Source: a virus
Lineage: Duplodnaviria > Caudoviricetes
Virus record (IMG/VR): IMGVR_UViG_3300027772_000121
Location: 1 to 29,870 of that record
Length of the DNA stretch: 29,870 nucleotides
Direction: 5' to 3' (one strand)
Shown: in pieces, positions 1 through 6,485 of the stretch
Position numbering within the stretch: the first letter of the stretch is position 1
Layout of the letters: every line of letters starts with the position of its first letter
The notes under the pieces: model-generated
What the model was told of the DNA's origin: nothing
The model's database searches: none
What the model saw: only the letters and a program-made list of their open reading frames with translations
Position numbers and translations under genes: made by a program

Positions 1-156
1 TCCTATCTGTTCAATGTCTTGTGCGGCAAGGAGGGCATCCAGGGCCACAGATTTAAGGATTACAAGGACACTCTCTGGCAAGGATGGATTGAGAGCCTTG
101 TGAGCCTCCACATCCTGCCAGAAAGCATTTAAACGGGTTGTTTGTTGTTGGTTCAT
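1..156 (-). CDS. hypothetical protein, runs off the window edge; probably leaderless
   Basis: Hand translation from ATG at 156: MNQQQTTRLNAFWQDVEAHKALNPSLPESVLVILKSVALDALLAAQDIEQIG..., open to position 1. -10-like CAGAAT lies 6 nt upstream and there is no SD. Confidence 0.7.
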   Translation of the reverse strand, partial: MNQQQTTRLNAFWQDVEAHKALNPSLPESVLVILKSVALDALLAAQDIEQIG

Positions 157-162
157 GCGCCA

Positions 163-205
163 ATTCTGCCTTGTCTGACAGAGATTGGAATAGGGATTTA
201 CCCTA
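163..205 (-). promoter_or_regulatory. promoter: palindromic box TAGGGATTTACCCTA (191-205) with -10 CAGAAT (163-168)
   Basis: Perfect 5-bp-arm palindrome; 22-nt gap to -10, same architecture as the other box promoters. Confidence 0.6.
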
Positions 206-542
206 GCTTACGCATAACCCTTTGGAGTCGCCCAGAAACGCCTTTACGGGTTCCAATGACCTCAATGAAGCCCTTGTCAATCAGTGCCTTGTAACGGGCT
301 GTGACGCTGGAATAGGGCAGGAATGAGAGTTTGGCAAGAACATCATCTGAGATACAACCATCTGGCCCATAGGCTGCAATGGTTTCAAAGACCAGTGACT
401 CCATCTTTGTGGTGTCGATTGCCTGTGCTGCTTGGTGGGAAGTGGCAGGGTCTTCTTTACGAGACAGTTTAAACGGCGCAGTTCCAAAGAACTTCTCGAC
501 TGCACCACCAAACCAAGATTGATCTAATTTTGTCATCATCAA
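198..542 (-). CDS. winged-helix DNA-binding protein
   Basis: Has the phage motif 'SRKEDPATSHQAA' followed by a wHTH-like segment (SSVTARYKALIDKGFIEVIGTRKGVSGR). SD ATAGGAG. Confidence 0.7.
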   Translation of the reverse strand: MMMTKLDQSWFGGAVEKFFGTAPFKLSRKEDPATSHQAAQAIDTTKMESLVFETIAAYGPDGCISDDVLAKLSFLPYSSVTARYKALIDKGFIEVIGTRKGVSGRLQRVMRKLG

Positions 543-560
543 CTCCTATCAAATAAAAAG

Positions 561-821
561 TTACACATTTTCGTTTTGTAATGCAAGAAAACCTTTTTTT
601 GCGCCATCCACTAAAGACCCTTTCGCGCCACAAGACAAACAATGAAAGTTTCCTTTGCTATGGTCAGCCAATAAACTAGCCGTAATTTCTTTATGCCAAG
701 GGCATCTGGCAATTGAGTTCACCATGCGACTATGGTTTGGCATGGGTTTTTCAATCAAATCCCCTTTATATTTGTTTGGGCCGTAAAAGGTACTTAAAAT
801 CTTAGAAAATTTAGTTTCCAT
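561..821 (-). CDS. stand-alone CHC2-type (primase-like) zinc-finger protein
   Basis: CPWH...TAS...FHCLSCGAKG matches the DnaG zinc-binding CPFH...FHCFGCG pattern. SD ATAGGAG. Confidence 0.7.
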   Translation of the reverse strand: METKFSKILSTFYGPNKYKGDLIEKPMPNHSRMVNSIARCPWHKEITASLLADHSKGNFHCLSCGAKGSLVDGAKKGFLALQNENV

Positions 822-840
822 ACTATGCTCCTATCAAATT

Positions 841-854
841 GGGGCCGTAGCCCC
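841..854 (-). other. GC hairpin GGGGC-TACG-GCCCC downstream of the SSB-like gene (attenuator or mRNA-stabilising element)
   Basis: Perfect 5-bp GC stem with a tetraloop; only a weak U-tract. Confidence 0.4.
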
Positions 855-864
855 GTGAGGTTTA

Positions 865-1101
865 TCAAAAGGGAATATCGTCATCCGCATAAACTATCTT
901 TTTAGGATTAGCTGCTGGAGGTTGTGCATCCTTGGGATTGACTGCCAAGCCCATGAACTTGCCACTCTTACCCTCTTTAATCCATGCTGAGAGCCAATAT
1001 TCTTGACCATCAACAGTGATATTACCTTTGTAATCAGGCTGGTTAGCTGATTCCTTTTTGTCATTTTTAAACAAAACGCCAGAGTTGTCTTTCTTTTCCA
1101 T
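865..1101 (-). CDS. small single-stranded DNA-binding protein (DUF736-like) with SSB acidic tail
   Basis: NSGVLFKN...PDYKG...SAW motifs, C-terminal DDDIPF, adjacent to the annealase. Confidence 0.75.
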   Translation of the reverse strand: MEKKDNSGVLFKNDKKESANQPDYKGNITVDGQEYWLSAWIKEGKSGKFMGLAVNPKDAQPPAANPKKIVYADDDIPF

Positions 1102-1102
1102 A

Positions 1103-1744
1103 TTAGCCTTTCAATGATTCGCCATGTTTCTTCAAAGCACTACGAACATTGCTTGTAAGCAATGCCCATAACGCCACCTTTTCCTCCTGGTCATGGATTC
1201 CCAGGTATTCTTCATAAGCCCCAACCATGTCGTTTGATTCAAATCTATCTTGAACAGCAATCGCAACATCCGCAATGATGTTTTCCCTGTTCTTGTCAAC
1301 AATGACTCCATCTGTGGGCTTGATTGTTGCGCCACCTTCTGGAATGTCCTCTCCCGCATAGATGTACAAGCCCAAGCCATGCAGCGACAATGCCTTAGTC
1401 ATGCAACGCATGATGGAAGTGTTAACGGCAAATGCGTCTGGTTTTGGGATTGCCTTGTTGCGATAGTCCATCACAGGCAGTTGGCAGGTCATTGGCTTGC
1501 CAAACATGGTGACAGTTACAAACACCATTGCAGTGCCGTTAATGTCCATGAAGCACTTGTCTCCAAACATCTCCACCTTATAGGTAGCGTCTGAATCAGC
1601 CTTTAAAGCCTCTGCCCAGGCCCAAGCCCATGAAAGGTATGTGAGATTGTTTTTCTTCTCTGTGTGATCGTTGACATTGGTTGCGAGAAGTGCATTGATT
1701 GATGCTTTTCTGTATGCAATTGTGCTGATTGTTGTTGAGGTCAT
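1103..1744 (-). CDS. sak: Sak/Rad52-like single-strand annealing protein (DUF1071)
   Basis: EKKNNLTYLSWAWAW, LPVMDYRNK and RCMTKALSLHGLGLYIYAGEDIP are characteristic motifs. Confidence 0.85.
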   Translation of the reverse strand: MTSTTISTIAYRKASINALLATNVNDHTEKKNNLTYLSWAWAWAEALKADSDATYKVEMFGDKCFMDINGTAMVFVTVTMFGKPMTCQLPVMDYRNKAIPKPDAFAVNTSIMRCMTKALSLHGLGLYIYAGEDIPEGGATIKPTDGVIVDKNRENIIADVAIAVQDRFESNDMVGAYEEYLGIHDQEEKVALWALLTSNVRSALKKHGESLKG

Positions 1745-1770
1745 TCGTAACTCCTGTTAAGTGAGATTTA

Positions 1771-1813
1771 ATTGTGTCAGACTTTGTTGAGAATTCTATA
1801 GGTGTTTTCCCTA
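1771..1813 (-). promoter_or_regulatory. promoter: box TAGGTGTTTTCCCTA (1799-1813) with extended -10 TGA-CACAAT
   Basis: Box identical to 2662-2676; 22-nt gap to -10; lies upstream of SD AGGAG and sak. Confidence 0.6.
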
Positions 1814-1989
1814 ATTTGCTCTCCTTGTGCTTGTGTTATCCACATTGTCAGCATCGTGAGTTCATGCTGGATTGCAGTAATGTCACCCGTGAACCCGGCG
1901 TAGTTTTTGTTTAGACACTTGCTCTCCAGTGCCCTGGTCTTTTGTTCGATTGAGATTAGCATCGTGCTGTAATCGTTGAAGTCGCTCAT
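1777..1989 (-). CDS. hypothetical protein (70 aa, helical)
   Basis: ORF track; AAGG upstream; fits the operon packing. Confidence 0.6.
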   Translation of the reverse strand: MSDFNDYSTMLISIEQKTRALESKCLNKNYAGFTGDITAIQHELTMLTMWITQAQGEQIRENTYRILNKV

Positions 1990-2188
1990 CTTTGGCCTTT
2001 TGAAATGTGTGAGTTATGTCTGTGCAGGAAGCATTCTTGTAGACAAATTTAGGGTCTGTGATTGCCAGGGTTGGCAGGGTCATCCTTGCTGGTGTTTTGT
2101 CTCTCAGCAAGATAGGCAAGCTGGGTTGCAAGGTCACAATCTCGAAATAGGATAGGACTCGTTTGATCGCAATCGTCAAATGTTTCAT
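1883..2188 (-). CDS. hypothetical phage protein
   Basis: GGAG SD before the ATG at 2188 (MKHLTIAIK...). Contains FVYKNASCTDITHTF, a motif resembling other small phage proteins. Confidence 0.55.
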   Translation of the reverse strand: MKHLTIAIKRVLSYFEIVTLQPSLPILLRDKTPARMTLPTLAITDPKFVYKNASCTDITHTFQKAKDERLQRLQHDANLNRTKDQGTGEQVSKQKLRRVHG

Positions 2189-2234
2189 TTGAATTGTCTC
2201 CAATGATTTCTTGTAAGCGTGATTTCATTTTCAT
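2049..2234 (-). CDS. hypothetical protein (61 aa), overlapping the next gene
   Basis: SD TGAGGA directly after the upstream stop, then ATG at 2234 (MKMKSRLQEII...). Confidence 0.45.
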   Translation of the reverse strand: MKMKSRLQEIIGDNSNETFDDCDQTSPILFRDCDLATQLAYLAERQNTSKDDPANPGNHRP

Positions 2235-2241
2235 GTTGTCC

Positions 2242-2592
2242 TCACTCATCAAACATTTGTTGAAAAGGGCCATCCATTTTAGCCGCTGTGATCTTGCGTT
2301 CATCAAGGGCTTTTTGGACTCGCTCAATTCGCAAGTTGCGATAGTGCTGCAACTCTTCAATGTCATCAACCCAAGGGGTCTTGACAACATCAAACACTCG
2401 CAGTTCAGCCCTACGCCGCACCTTGAGTTCTACTCTGTTCATCACGATTGATGCAACATCTTCAGCATGATTGGCTTTGATGGCTTCCACCAAGGCAACG
2501 CTGTCTTGGATGGCATCAGCAATATCATCTGGATCAAGTTCTTGGACTACCGCCCAGCACTCGTATTTAAATCTTTCGTCATCGGTTGGCAT
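2242..2592 (-). CDS. hypothetical protein (116 aa), first gene of the leftward operon
   Basis: SD AACAGGAG, protein-like composition. Confidence 0.75.
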   Translation of the reverse strand: MPTDDERFKYECWAVVQELDPDDIADAIQDSVALVEAIKANHAEDVASIVMNRVELKVRRRAELRVFDVVKTPWVDDIEELQHYRNLRIERVQKALDERKITAAKMDGPFQQMFDE

Positions 2593-2609
2593 TTGTAACT
2601 CCTGTTGAC

Positions 2610-2705
2610 CACTGCCAAATAGCAGTGATGGGACTTTCGCACAGAAAAAAGATGCAGGGAATAGGTGTTTTCCCTAGTGCATAAAACTATAAAACCCATC
2701 ATACT
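2610..2705. promoter_or_regulatory. divergent promoter pair sharing one central box TAGGTGTTTTCCCTA (2662-2676)
   Basis: + strand -10 CATACT (2700-2705) and - strand TGC-GAAAGT (2633-2638) each lie 23 nt from the box. 5' hairpin CACTGC/GCAGTG at 2610-2627. Confidence 0.6.
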
Positions 2706-2726
2706 GAGGTTTTTGGAGACAAGCAA

Positions 2727-3089
2727 ATGCGTTTAAACCTCACCCATCGGAGCCTTTTGAAGCGGTTGTCTAGTGGCCCCAGGACAATGATTGACCTTAC
2801 CCATGCGGCAACCGACAACAACTCTGTGTCGTTTCACTATCAAAGATACCTGCCTGAACTGGAGAGGTTTGGCTATGTCATCAACCATCAGGAGAAGTGG
2901 CATCTGACTGAGTATGGGCGCATGGAGATGAACAGGGCCATCAGTGGTGCAGCCATGAGAATTGAGAGTGGGTCTATCAGGGAACCCTATGATGGCAAGG
3001 AACTGCGGAGAAACATCTCTCGCCGTGGTTGCTATGACTTTCTAAAGTATCCAAGTCGCTTTGGCGACAATCAGATTTACAAAGTCTGA
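2727..3089 (+). CDS. winged-helix DNA-binding protein
   Basis: YLPELERFGYV...WHLTEYG is a wHTH wing signature; GGAG SD; first gene of the rightward operon. Confidence 0.65.
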   Translation: MRLNLTHRSLLKRLSSGPRTMIDLTHAATDNNSVSFHYQRYLPELERFGYVINHQEKWHLTEYGRMEMNRAISGAAMRIESGSIREPYDGKELRRNISRRGCYDFLKYPSRFGDNQIYKV

Positions 3090-3099
3090 TATGATGTTT

Positions 3100-3188
3100 G
3101 GGAATCCGGCTAGGGTAGCTCCTGAAAAGACGATTAGTCCCCGTCCTGCCGTCAATTCCCTTGGTGACTAAACCTATGACTTAAGGTT
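3100..3188 (+). ncRNA. structured cis-regulatory leader RNA (multi-stem plus pseudoknot) upstream of the replication initiator
   Basis: Stems GGGAAT/ATTCCC, CGGCTAG/CTGCCG and GACG/CGTC. Loop TTAGTC is complementary to GACTAA at 3166-3171. AACCT/AGGTT hairpin covers the SD. Extended -10 TGATATGAT at 3087-3095. Confidence 0.6.
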
Positions 3189-3191
3189 GAT

Positions 3192-3926
3192 ATGCAATTA
3201 ATTCCCAAAAACTGGGTTTCTTTCCAGCACTATAAGCATCGCTCTCCCCCGTGGATTAAGTTTCATCGTTCAATACTGAATGACAGAAGCTACATGAGCT
3301 TGCCACTTGCTAGCAAGGCGCTAGCACCTTTGATGTGGTTGCTAGCATCAGAGTCCAAAGACGGCACTTTTGATGGCTCACTGGATGAGCTTGTGTTCAG
3401 ACTCCACATTACCCCGAAAGACTATCAAGATGGTGTTAAGCCATTGATTGATAAGGGTTTCTTTGTCATTGCTAGCGGAGTGCTAGCAGAGTGCAAGCAA
3501 GTTGCTATCCCAGAGTTAGAGACAGAGAGAGAGAAAGAGACAGAGAAGAGACAGAGAGCAACTATCGTTGCAACGCCTGACGGCGTTTCACAATCTGTTT
3601 GGCAGGAATTTGTCAATCATCGAAAGTCAAAGAAAGCCCAGGTCACCCAGTTGGTGATCGATGGAATCCAAAAGGAAGCTGACAAGGCTGGGTTTAGCCT
3701 TGAGGATGCCTTGAAGGAAGTAGTTGTAAGAAATTGGCAAGGTTTTAAAGCTGAGTGGGTTTTACCAAAGCCCACCTTTGGCGACATGGCGAGGGTATCT
3801 GTTGCACCCGTTCAAGGCCGTGATCCTGCTTTACTCAAGCTGGATGAAGACAAAAAGCACACAGGCCCACCACCGCCAGAAATCATGGCACAAATCAGAA
3901 ATGCGTTGAAAGGAAAAGTAACATGA
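3192..3926 (+). CDS. phage replication initiator protein (lambda O-like role)
   Basis: N-terminal NWVSFQHYK..PPWIKFHR, charged linker, C-terminal WQEFVNHRK...VRNWQGFKAEW; carries internal iterons. Confidence 0.8.
   Translation: MQLIPKNWVSFQHYKHRSPPWIKFHRSILNDRSYMSLPLASKALAPLMWLLASESKDGTFDGSLDELVFRLHITPKDYQDGVKPLIDKGFFVIASGVLAECKQVAIPELETEREKETEKRQRATIVATPDGVSQSVWQEFVNHRKSKKAQVTQLVIDGIQKEADKAGFSLEDALKEVVVRNWQGFKAEWVLPKPTFGDMARVSVAPVQGRDPALLKLDEDKKHTGPPPPEIMAQIRNALKGKVT
3308..3560. repeat. putative replication origin: TGCTAGCA-type iterons plus a purine-skewed GA tract
   Basis: Copies at 3308, 3319, 3340 and at 3470, 3481, 3492, 3503 (11-bp period), followed by the GA-rich tract 3511-3560. 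Confidence 0.7.
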
Positions 3927-4087
3927 CCGAAGAAGAGTTTGAGGACAAAATGAACACATATGAGTTGGAAGACCGATATGCAGAGTTCATTGAGGCTAAC
4001 CACCCTGTTGGCAATAATCATGTTTTGATTAGGCTGATGGAAAGCGGGGATTATTATGAAGCCTTCAAAGAAAAGATGGTGACATGA
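3923..4087 (+). CDS. hypothetical protein (54 aa), not in the ORF track
   Basis: MTEEEFEDKMNTYELEDRYAEFIEANHPVGNNHVLIRLMESGDYYEAFKEKMVT; ATGA overlaps at both ends. Confidence 0.8.
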   Translation: MTEEEFEDKMNTYELEDRYAEFIEANHPVGNNHVLIRLMESGDYYEAFKEKMVT

Positions 4088-4581
4088 CTGATGGTGAACT
4101 GATAGAGTTGGCTGCAAAAGGGGCGAGAATCAACGCAATAAAAGACCCCAATGGTGTTTGGCGTAACTGCACTGGATTGCCGCCAGGATTTAACATCTTT
4201 GAAGCAAAGCCTTGGAACCCCCTTGAAGATGATGGCGATGCACTGCGTTTAGCGGTGAAGTTGGAGATGAAAATCAACATTAGCCAAGGGAATGTTCAGG
4301 TGCGTTTCAAAGAAGATACACCGCTGGTTTTCGTCAGGACGGGCATTAACACTGCTGAAGCCACTCGCCTAGCAATCACCCGCGCAGCCGCTGAAATTGC
4401 AAAGGTTCCCATGACTGAGCAACAATTCGAGGCCGCAATGAGAACATCCCAACTTGAAATGGAATATGCCGACTACATTTGCGAAAGATATGCCGTTGAT
4501 TTTGAAGAAGGTTTCGGTCTTTTCAAACTGAAGGACAGCGGTGATTTTTATCAAGGTTTTAAAGAAAAGATGACAAAATGA
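4084..4581 (+). CDS. NinX/ABA-sandwich-like phage protein fused to a paralog of the upstream 54-aa protein
   Basis: WNPLEDDGDALRLAVKL...ATRLAITRAAAEI motif; the C-terminal 56 aa align with 3923-4087. Confidence 0.7.
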   Translation: MTDGELIELAAKGARINAIKDPNGVWRNCTGLPPGFNIFEAKPWNPLEDDGDALRLAVKLEMKINISQGNVQVRFKEDTPLVFVRTGINTAEATRLAITRAAAEIAKVPMTEQQFEAAMRTSQLEMEYADYICERYAVDFEEGFGLFKLKDSGDFYQGFKEKMTK

Positions 4582-4820
4582 ACATACATGAAGCCCACCA
4601 CTTGCTCAACAAAAGAAAACAAGGTCTTGCCGTTGCACAGCACCTTGTCAACCATGCCCTCGTTGTATGCGGAGACATTGGCCCATCTTGTTTTAATGGC
4701 AAAAACTCCAGGCTGGAAGGGTCAAGCATGGCACAGGGCACAGGAGTTAGAGAAATGCCCAACATACCTATGGCTTGGGATTTCGACCGATTTAATCAAC
4801 ACCATGAAAGCCCACAATGA
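4578..4820 (+). CDS. hypothetical protein
   Basis: ATGA-coupled to both neighbours. Confidence 0.6.
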   Translation: MNIHEAHHLLNKRKQGLAVAQHLVNHALVVCGDIGPSCFNGKNSRLEGSSMAQGTGVREMPNIPMAWDFDRFNQHHESPQ

Positions 4821-4839
4821 CCATTTGGATCGGAATTGA
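4654..4839 (+). CDS. possible overlapping-frame hypothetical protein
   Basis: MPSLYAETLAHLVLMAKTPGWKGQAWHRAQELEKCP...; protein-like but with no clear SD. Confidence 0.4.
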   Translation: MPSLYAETLAHLVLMAKTPGWKGQAWHRAQELEKCPTYLWLGISTDLINTMKAHNDHLDRN

Positions 4840-5308
4840 CCCAGGTTCAATATCTGGCGCATTGGGAGCCTTGAGTGCAAGGGGTGATTATCTCGATTCT
4901 TTTGAAATACAGCACAAGGACAAACACATTCTTGCGCTTGTATTCAAAAATCATTTGTTGAAAATAATAGACCCAAAAGAAGATGCCCAAATCTGTATGG
5001 AATATGTCTGGTCACTCCCAGGCAATGGTTCTGCAAGCAGTTTTCAGTTTGGCAGGGCGGTTGGTGTTATCTCAGCAGTTGCCGAATTAACTGCCCCCCT
5101 GTCATTCGTCACTCCTCAAAAATGGAAGAAACATTTTCATTTATCAGCAGATAAAAATGAAAGCCTTGATTTAGCCCGATCATTTTGGCCTGAAGCCAAG
5201 CTACTCAGGAAAAAAGATGGTAACCGCGCAGAGGCATTACTCATGGCCTTGTACTGGCAGGATATGGTAAATGGCAAACAAAATAAACCGACTCAGAACC
5301 CAGACTGA
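4817..5308 (+). CDS. RuvC-like Holliday junction resolvase
   Basis: IGIDPG catalytic strand, E in ICMEYV, FQFGRAVG, VTPQKWKK, DGNRAEALLMA. Confidence 0.85.
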   Translation: MTIWIGIDPGSISGALGALSARGDYLDSFEIQHKDKHILALVFKNHLLKIIDPKEDAQICMEYVWSLPGNGSASSFQFGRAVGVISAVAELTAPLSFVTPQKWKKHFHLSADKNESLDLARSFWPEAKLLRKKDGNRAEALLMALYWQDMVNGKQNKPTQNPD

Positions 5309-5495
5309 TTTCAAACTGGATTTAAGCCCCGAACAAAGGGCCATTCTGGAATTGATCGGAAATGGAAACATGACCCAAGGGTTAAAGGTTGCCATCGACC
5401 AAGCGGGCCACTTTTTTAACTGTGGCCTAGACCCTGAAATGAACCTGAATTATGTGGGCCTTGTCACTACACTGCCAAACCAAGATGATGATTGA
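5271..5495 (+). CDS. hypothetical protein (possible small DNA-binding protein)
   Basis: ORF track; last gene before the convergence zone. Confidence 0.6.
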   Translation: MANKINRLRTQTDFKLDLSPEQRAILELIGNGNMTQGLKVAIDQAGHFFNCGLDPEMNLNYVGLVTTLPNQDDD

Positions 5496-5602
5496 CCACA
5501 AAAGGGCTTGCTAAAGGGCTTAAAAGGGCTTTTAAATGGGTTTTCTTGGTCAACCCAATGCACCCTACATGGTAGGGCTTGCAAGGGCTTAAAACAGGGC
5601 AA
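5492..5602. repeat. phased AAGGGCTT repeats in the convergent intergenic region
   Basis: Exact copies at 5502, 5514, 5524, 5583; variants at 5536, 5573, 5595. Confidence 0.7.
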
Positions 5603-5626
5603 GAAAAAACCCGCACTTGGCGGGTC
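5601..5626 (-). terminator. intrinsic terminator of the leftward early operon
   Basis: ACCCGC-CAAGT-GCGGGT followed by TTTTTCTT on the - strand. Confidence 0.85.
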
Positions 5627-5629
5627 TAG

Positions 5630-5952
5630 GTTAGTGGTTGCTGACTTATTGTGATTGTGTTATTTTCATTCTTCAAGAATTTGCTCATCAAACCATTCGG
5701 GCCACACATCAACGACCACAGGGTTGCGGCTATCGGTCAAAGTCCAGTGTATTTCAAAAGCTTGGCCGCCTGAACCATAAATATCATTTCTTGCGTCTTC
5801 TGCATCTTCAAAGAATGCGTCAGGATAGATGTTTTCTTTTTTACTGCAAATTTCCAAAACTTTTTGGGTCACAGCAGCTTGACCGATAGCGTTTAGTCTG
5901 TAGTTAATGTAATAAATCATTTTGAGCCTTTCAGTTAGTGGTTGCTGACTTA
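5630..5952. repeat. 19-bp direct repeat GTTAGTGGTTGCTGACTTA (5630-5648, 5934-5952)
   Basis: Exact copies flanking the 5666-5920 gene. Confidence 0.85.
5666..5920 (-). CDS. early-region hypothetical protein (acidic)
   Basis: ORF track; GAAAGGCT RBS-like motif. Confidence 0.75.
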   Translation of the reverse strand: MIYYINYRLNAIGQAAVTQKVLEICSKKENIYPDAFFEDAEDARNDIYGSGGQAFEIHWTLTDSRNPVVVDVWPEWFDEQILEE

Positions 5953-6228
5953 AGATGTTAGGTTTTCACAAATTGACACGGCATTATTGATTTCTTGCAT
6001 GAGTTGGATTTCTTGATCTTCAGTCATGCCCATGTCTCGCAATTCCATCATGGGCATTTTCCCTTCTGTGATTGAGCAATCATAGGCATTCTCGATTCCC
6101 CAAGGGCCAAAAATAATATTGTCCACCCTTAAATCAAAACAAAACCCTGTTTCATCCATTGATTCCAATGTGACAAAACTGCATTTCTGCATAATTTTGT
6201 CGTTGATTTCTTTGATCTGTTTATTCAT
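5950..6228 (-). CDS. early-region hypothetical protein (acidic)
   Basis: ORF track; GAAAGGCT RBS-like motif. Confidence 0.75.
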   Translation of the reverse strand: MNKQIKEINDKIMQKCSFVTLESMDETGFCFDLRVDNIIFGPWGIENAYDCSITEGKMPMMELRDMGMTEDQEIQLMQEINNAVSICENLTS

Positions 6229-6237
6229 AAAAGCCTT

Positions 6238-6297
6238 TCAAGTGAGTTTTTTTCTAGTCAAAATACGAAGCAAAAGAGCCAAAGTCGCATATATCAT
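6238..6297 (-). CDS. 19-aa hydrophobic/basic micropeptide MIYATLALLLRILTRKKLT
   Basis: Exactly fills the intergenic gap; preceded by CAAGGCG like its neighbours. Confidence 0.55.
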   Translation of the reverse strand: MIYATLALLLRILTRKKLT

Positions 6298-6299
6298 GT

Positions 6300-6485
6300 T
6301 TAAACGCCTTGCTCAATTTTTATCGTTCCACATTTGTTGCCATTGCTGTCCCGAATAAAGTCTTGAAGCTCGTTATATCGTCTGGCATCATGGGCAACTG
6401 TTTGCAAAATATCAGCAATTTCACCCCAAGGATCGTATTCAAATGCTGAGTTTTCGGTATTAATGGTTATGGTTATTTTGCTCAT
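6300..6485 (-). CDS. early-region conserved hypothetical protein
   Basis: ITINTENSAF...EIADIL...IRDSNGNKCG resembles a recurring small phage protein; ATGA coupling. Confidence 0.75.
   Translation of the reverse strand: MSKITITINTENSAFEYDPWGEIADILQTVAHDARRYNELQDFIRDSNGNKCGTIKIEQGV

Noticed and set aside
2593-2726. Lambda-like CI/Cro immunity switch
   Set aside because: Neither flanking gene resembles a CI (HTH plus S24 peptidase), there is only one box rather than tandem operators, and no integrase is in the window
3107-3151. Hammerhead ribozyme (CTGA...GAAA-like core)
   Set aside because: The required CUGANGA-stem II-GAAA order is absent; kept only as an unassigned structured leader
5630-5952. 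19-bp repeats as a CRISPR array or integron attC sites
   Set aside because: Only two copies, 304 bp apart. GTTAGTG does not fit GTTRRRY, there is no attC-like hairpin, and no cas or integrase gene is present.
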